Shown: positions 61,425-64,000 of the stretch, in pieces
How positions within the stretch are numbered: position 1 is the first letter of the stretch
How the letters are laid out: each line of letters opens with the position of its first letter
IMG/VR virus record: IMGVR_UViG_3300045988_155520
Span: 128,001-192,000 of that record
DNA length: 64,000 nucleotides
Direction: 5' to 3' (one strand)
DNA from: a virus
Made by a program: the position numbers and the translations under genes
Notes under the pieces: generated by a model
Databases searched by the model: none
The model's input: the letters and a program-made list of their open reading frames with translations, nothing else
What the model was told of the DNA's origin: nothing

Positions 61425-62294
61425 ATGGTAGAAAAACAAACAGCATATCTCGTTGGTAGCAAAGATAAAGATAGCTCATTTTACTACGAAGTTGGTAAAG
61501 AATATAAAGGACATTTTACCACAGGTGGTTATCATGTATACGATACAATATTAGATGCATTAAAATATTGTTTTATATATAGTAGTGATGTATTCGAATG
61601 TATATGTTATGATGTTGAAAAAAATAATTTATTAACTTTAACATGTAAAAGAATGAAAGTTCTTCACAAACTTACATTAGAAGATATTTTGACAGAAGTA
61701 AAAAGACATTACGAAACCATTTCAAATATTGCATATAGAAAAACTGATAAACTCTTTATTTCTCATAAAGATTCCTATGAATATACAAAATGTTATGACG
61801 AAGTGAAAGCTACATTCCTATTACGTAGTGCATGTGGTAGATTTGACAATTGTAGTCAATTTAATGATTCATTGTTAATTGAAGATGAAATAAAATGTAA
61901 TTTGACTTCTCATCATAATACAGCTGTATCATTCGGAGATTTCAATAAGATAAATTCAAATGGTGATTTTAATACAATTATTACTTATGGAGATGATAAT
62001 AATATAAATGTTAATAGCAGTAATAATAAAATTATATCATTAGGTGGAAACACTATTATTATGTGCAATGGTGAAAATAATAGTATTGTATGTAATAGCT
62101 GTCATAACACTATTTTCCTATATGGTAGACATAACCATGTACAAGCTGAATGTGGAACTAAAATAGTTTTCTCAGATTATTGTAACACTGATTCTAAAGA
62201 TTATACTACTGTGTGTGTTTTCACTATTGATAGAAAAGAATTTCATCCAAATGTGTGGTATACAATGGAAAATGGAAAGATAACTGAATGTTGA
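61425..62294 (+). CDS. beta-solenoid-like Asn-rich repeat protein (intact paralog of 54733..55605)
   Basis: The N-terminus MVEKQTAYLV...GGYHVYDTILDAL and the C-terminus ...NVWYTMENGKITEC match the other copy. Confidence 0.65.
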   Translation: MVEKQTAYLVGSKDKDSSFYYEVGKEYKGHFTTGGYHVYDTILDALKYCFIYSSDVFECICYDVEKNNLLTLTCKRMKVLHKLTLEDILTEVKRHYETISNIAYRKTDKLFISHKDSYEYTKCYDEVKATFLLRSACGRFDNCSQFNDSLLIEDEIKCNLTSHHNTAVSFGDFNKINSNGDFNTIITYGDDNNINVNSSNNKIISLGGNTIIMCNGENNSIVCNSCHNTIFLYGRHNHVQAECGTKIVFSDYCNTDSKDYTTVCVFTIDRKEFHPNVWYTMENGKITEC

Positions 62295-62308
62295 TACCAA
62301 TAATACAA

Positions 62309-62335
62309 AAAGCGGTCGATTTTTTCGACCGCTTT
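62309..62335. terminator. bidirectional rho-independent terminator
   Basis: aaagcggtcga-ttttt-tcgaccgcttt forms an 11-bp perfect stem between convergent genes. Confidence 0.8.
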
Positions 62336-62654
62336 ACTTTTCTTCCTCTGTTTCTTCATTAACGTCTAAACTACGTTTATTCTGCCTTCTATCAACTAAT
62401 GCTTTAGTTAAACCAGAACCTGCCATGTAACCACCAGTGCATAAAATAAAGAACCCAGCATCCCATAGACTTGTCTTGATATAACCATTTGCAGTTACAT
62501 CATATACAAGCACAAAACAAATAGTTAAGTTTACAAGAGCACTTATTATCGCTGATAACATTAAGACAAAGTTCTTTGTACTATTTGATGAATGTGTATC
62601 AAGTAATGACTTAAAATACTCAGTAGTTTTCATAGTTCTTTGTGTTTTTCCCAT
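62334..62654 (-). CDS. small membrane protein (2 TM)
   Basis: Hydrophobic stretches FVLMLSAIISALVNLTICFVLVY and GFFILCTGGYMAGSG. Confidence 0.5.
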   Translation of the reverse strand: MGKTQRTMKTTEYFKSLLDTHSSNSTKNFVLMLSAIISALVNLTICFVLVYDVTANGYIKTSLWDAGFFILCTGGYMAGSGLTKALVDRRQNKRSLDVNEETEEEK

Positions 62655-62677
62655 ATAATATTATTGTTGTTTACTAA

Positions 62678-62869
62678 TTAAAGGATAAGACCAGTACGTT
62701 TGAACATTTCCATTACGTTTTTCTTCTGTGTTTCAATCGTCTCTTCTAATTCTTTTTCTTTTGCTTTAGATGATTTATATGCATCAACAGCATCTCCACC
62801 AAGCATATTAGCTATGTCAGAACCAGTTAAATTAATTGTTTCTCTAATCATTCTTTTCTTCTTTATCAT
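62678..62869 (-). CDS. hypothetical small protein
   Basis: Track ORF whose 5' end overlaps the 3' end of the upstream ArdC-like gene. Confidence 0.4.
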   Translation of the reverse strand: MIKKKRMIRETINLTGSDIANMLGGDAVDAYKSSKAKEKELEETIETQKKNVMEMFKRTGLIL

Positions 62870-63923
62870 TTTCTTTAAAGTAATCTAAAATATTATTTGT
62901 TATATATGTGGCAGCACCTGCAATTGAATCAAATACAACACCAGCATTTTTCCTATTGCCTCCCCATCCTGCTATATAATTCAAAGATGTATCATCTTCT
63001 ATATCTAATTCTTTTAATACAACCAATGCTGTTAATTCCGCCTGTTGTTCAACAAGTGCACGACCAGCTGATGTACCAACGAAATAGTCTTTCACTTCAG
63101 GATTCTTAGACTTAAGATAAGTAAAATGTAATAACTGATGAGCCGTTTCATGTATGACTGTATTTAACATTCCGACATTTCTTGGCGCATTCTGAATTAA
63201 ATTAATAACACCAGTAGACGTTGCGTTTCCTTTAGCACCTCCTAACTCTTCTTCTGATTTATATTGTATATTAACACCAGCTTTCTGTGCTACAGCGATA
63301 GCTGCATCAATTAAATCAGACATATATTCATTTTCTTCGGCATCATAACTATTCCAAGGAAGATTGTTTATAGCACTTGGGTCGCCATAAATGTCTTCTT
63401 TATATTCTATCTGTTTTGTAAAACGTACATCACACCAATTAGGGCTAAAAGAGAACCCACGACTTGCATCATTTGTATTTAAAAGCACTCTAAGGCGTTC
63501 TTTTTCTCCAGGTGTTAAATCATCCACGGACTCTTTTTCAACGCTCTCTAAGAACTTTAAAGTGGTTCTTTCACGTTCTTCTTTTGTTCTATATAACTTA
63601 GAACCATTCGGTCTAAACATACATATTCTCAAAGCATCATGATTGACACTCCTATTAAGTTCTCCCCAGTTAGTATCAGACCTAACATCAGTAGCTTTTG
63701 CATCCTGAATATAAATCAACAAAGTATTACGTATAGAATAAGCATAACCGCAAGATGCACGTAATTTAAGTATAGGTGCTATTTTATCAATGAAATCTTT
63801 AGAAGACATTGTTGAAATAATATCTTCTTTTATTTGTGTTAACTTGTCTGTTACTTCATTTTTAGACATACATTTAACACTACCTTGATTAACAATATCT
63901 GTGTCTTCGGAAGCATTCTTCAT
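62844..63923 (-). CDS. ArdC-like protein (N-terminal ssDNA-binding-type domain plus HExxH zincin domain)
   Basis: IRNTLLIYIQ...TNWGELNRSV..(ArdC-N-like), then VIHETAHQLLH and EQQAELTALVV...LNYIAGWGG. The frame stays open upstream to the window edge (63998), so the true start may lie outside the window. Confidence 0.6.
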   Translation of the reverse strand: MKNASEDTDIVNQGSVKCMSKNEVTDKLTQIKEDIISTMSSKDFIDKIAPILKLRASCGYAYSIRNTLLIYIQDAKATDVRSDTNWGELNRSVNHDALRICMFRPNGSKLYRTKEERERTTLKFLESVEKESVDDLTPGEKERLRVLLNTNDASRGFSFSPNWCDVRFTKQIEYKEDIYGDPSAINNLPWNSYDAEENEYMSDLIDAAIAVAQKAGVNIQYKSEEELGGAKGNATSTGVINLIQNAPRNVGMLNTVIHETAHQLLHFTYLKSKNPEVKDYFVGTSAGRALVEQQAELTALVVLKELDIEDDTSLNYIAGWGGNRKNAGVVFDSIAGAATYITNNILDYFKENDKEEKND

Positions 63924-64000
63924 ATCGTTAATTAGTTGGTCAATAACATCAACAAATTCTCTTTTCTGACCATTTTCCTCAGAAGGTTGTTCAACGGATG

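Noticed and set aside
1-64000. Genome-wide stop-codon reassignment (TAG or TGA recoding, as reported for some gut phages).
   Set aside because: Long, well-supported ORFs terminate with TAA, TAG (tnpB) and TGA (the endonuclease and several overlapping genes). No conserved gene shows internal stops. The only in-frame stop noticed is a single TAA at 54781..54783.

Overview
This window is a visibly AT-rich, densely packed segment of a tailed dsDNA phage genome (Caudoviricetes). No rRNA, tRNA or CRISPR array was seen. The head and packaging core is T4-type: a gp17-like large terminase (38703..40583), a gp20-like portal (35993..38650), a gp21-like prohead protease (32906..33622), an acidic scaffold-like protein (30031..31440) and a gp23-like major capsid protein (27877..29901). 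A gp55-like late sigma factor (12799..13536) and a gp1-like dNMP kinase (59905..60795) are also present. Other blocks are: small unknown proteins (986..4777); an early-looking block with four glycosyltransferases and a dUTPase (4854..12633); baseplate/spike and tail-fibre genes (13547..24879); a ThyA-like operon (46340..49379); a ClpA/C-like AAA+ unfoldase; a secreted lytic transglycosylase; a BspA-type LRR protein; an SF1 helicase, thioredoxin and metallophosphoesterase; and an ArdC-like protein at the right edge. Eight sites match the Bacteroidota housekeeping promoter consensus TTTG-N19-20-TAnnTTTG, seven with the core TATCTTTG, so a Bacteroidota host is inferred. Most worth a second look: (1) a short peptide module (KK-h-x-LTE-x-x-L-x-x-L-h-E-N-x-V) recurs at the N-termini or tails of nine or more otherwise unrelated ORFs next to a gp21-type protease, and may be a capsid-targeting or processing signal; (2) three selfish elements sit in the head module, namely a 191-aa mini-intein in the portal with class-3-like features, a solo TnpB (IS200/IS605-type) between the scaffold and protease genes, and a Hef-like homing endonuclease abutting the capsid gene; (3) a G10 tract splits the LRR gene; (4) one of two beta-solenoid paralogs carries an in-frame TAA; (5) there is a possible modified-nucleotide or glycosylation toolkit; (6) there are candidate counter-defence genes (2H phosphoesterase, ArdC-like, ClpA/C-like). 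All functional calls rest on motif recognition by eye, without database searches.
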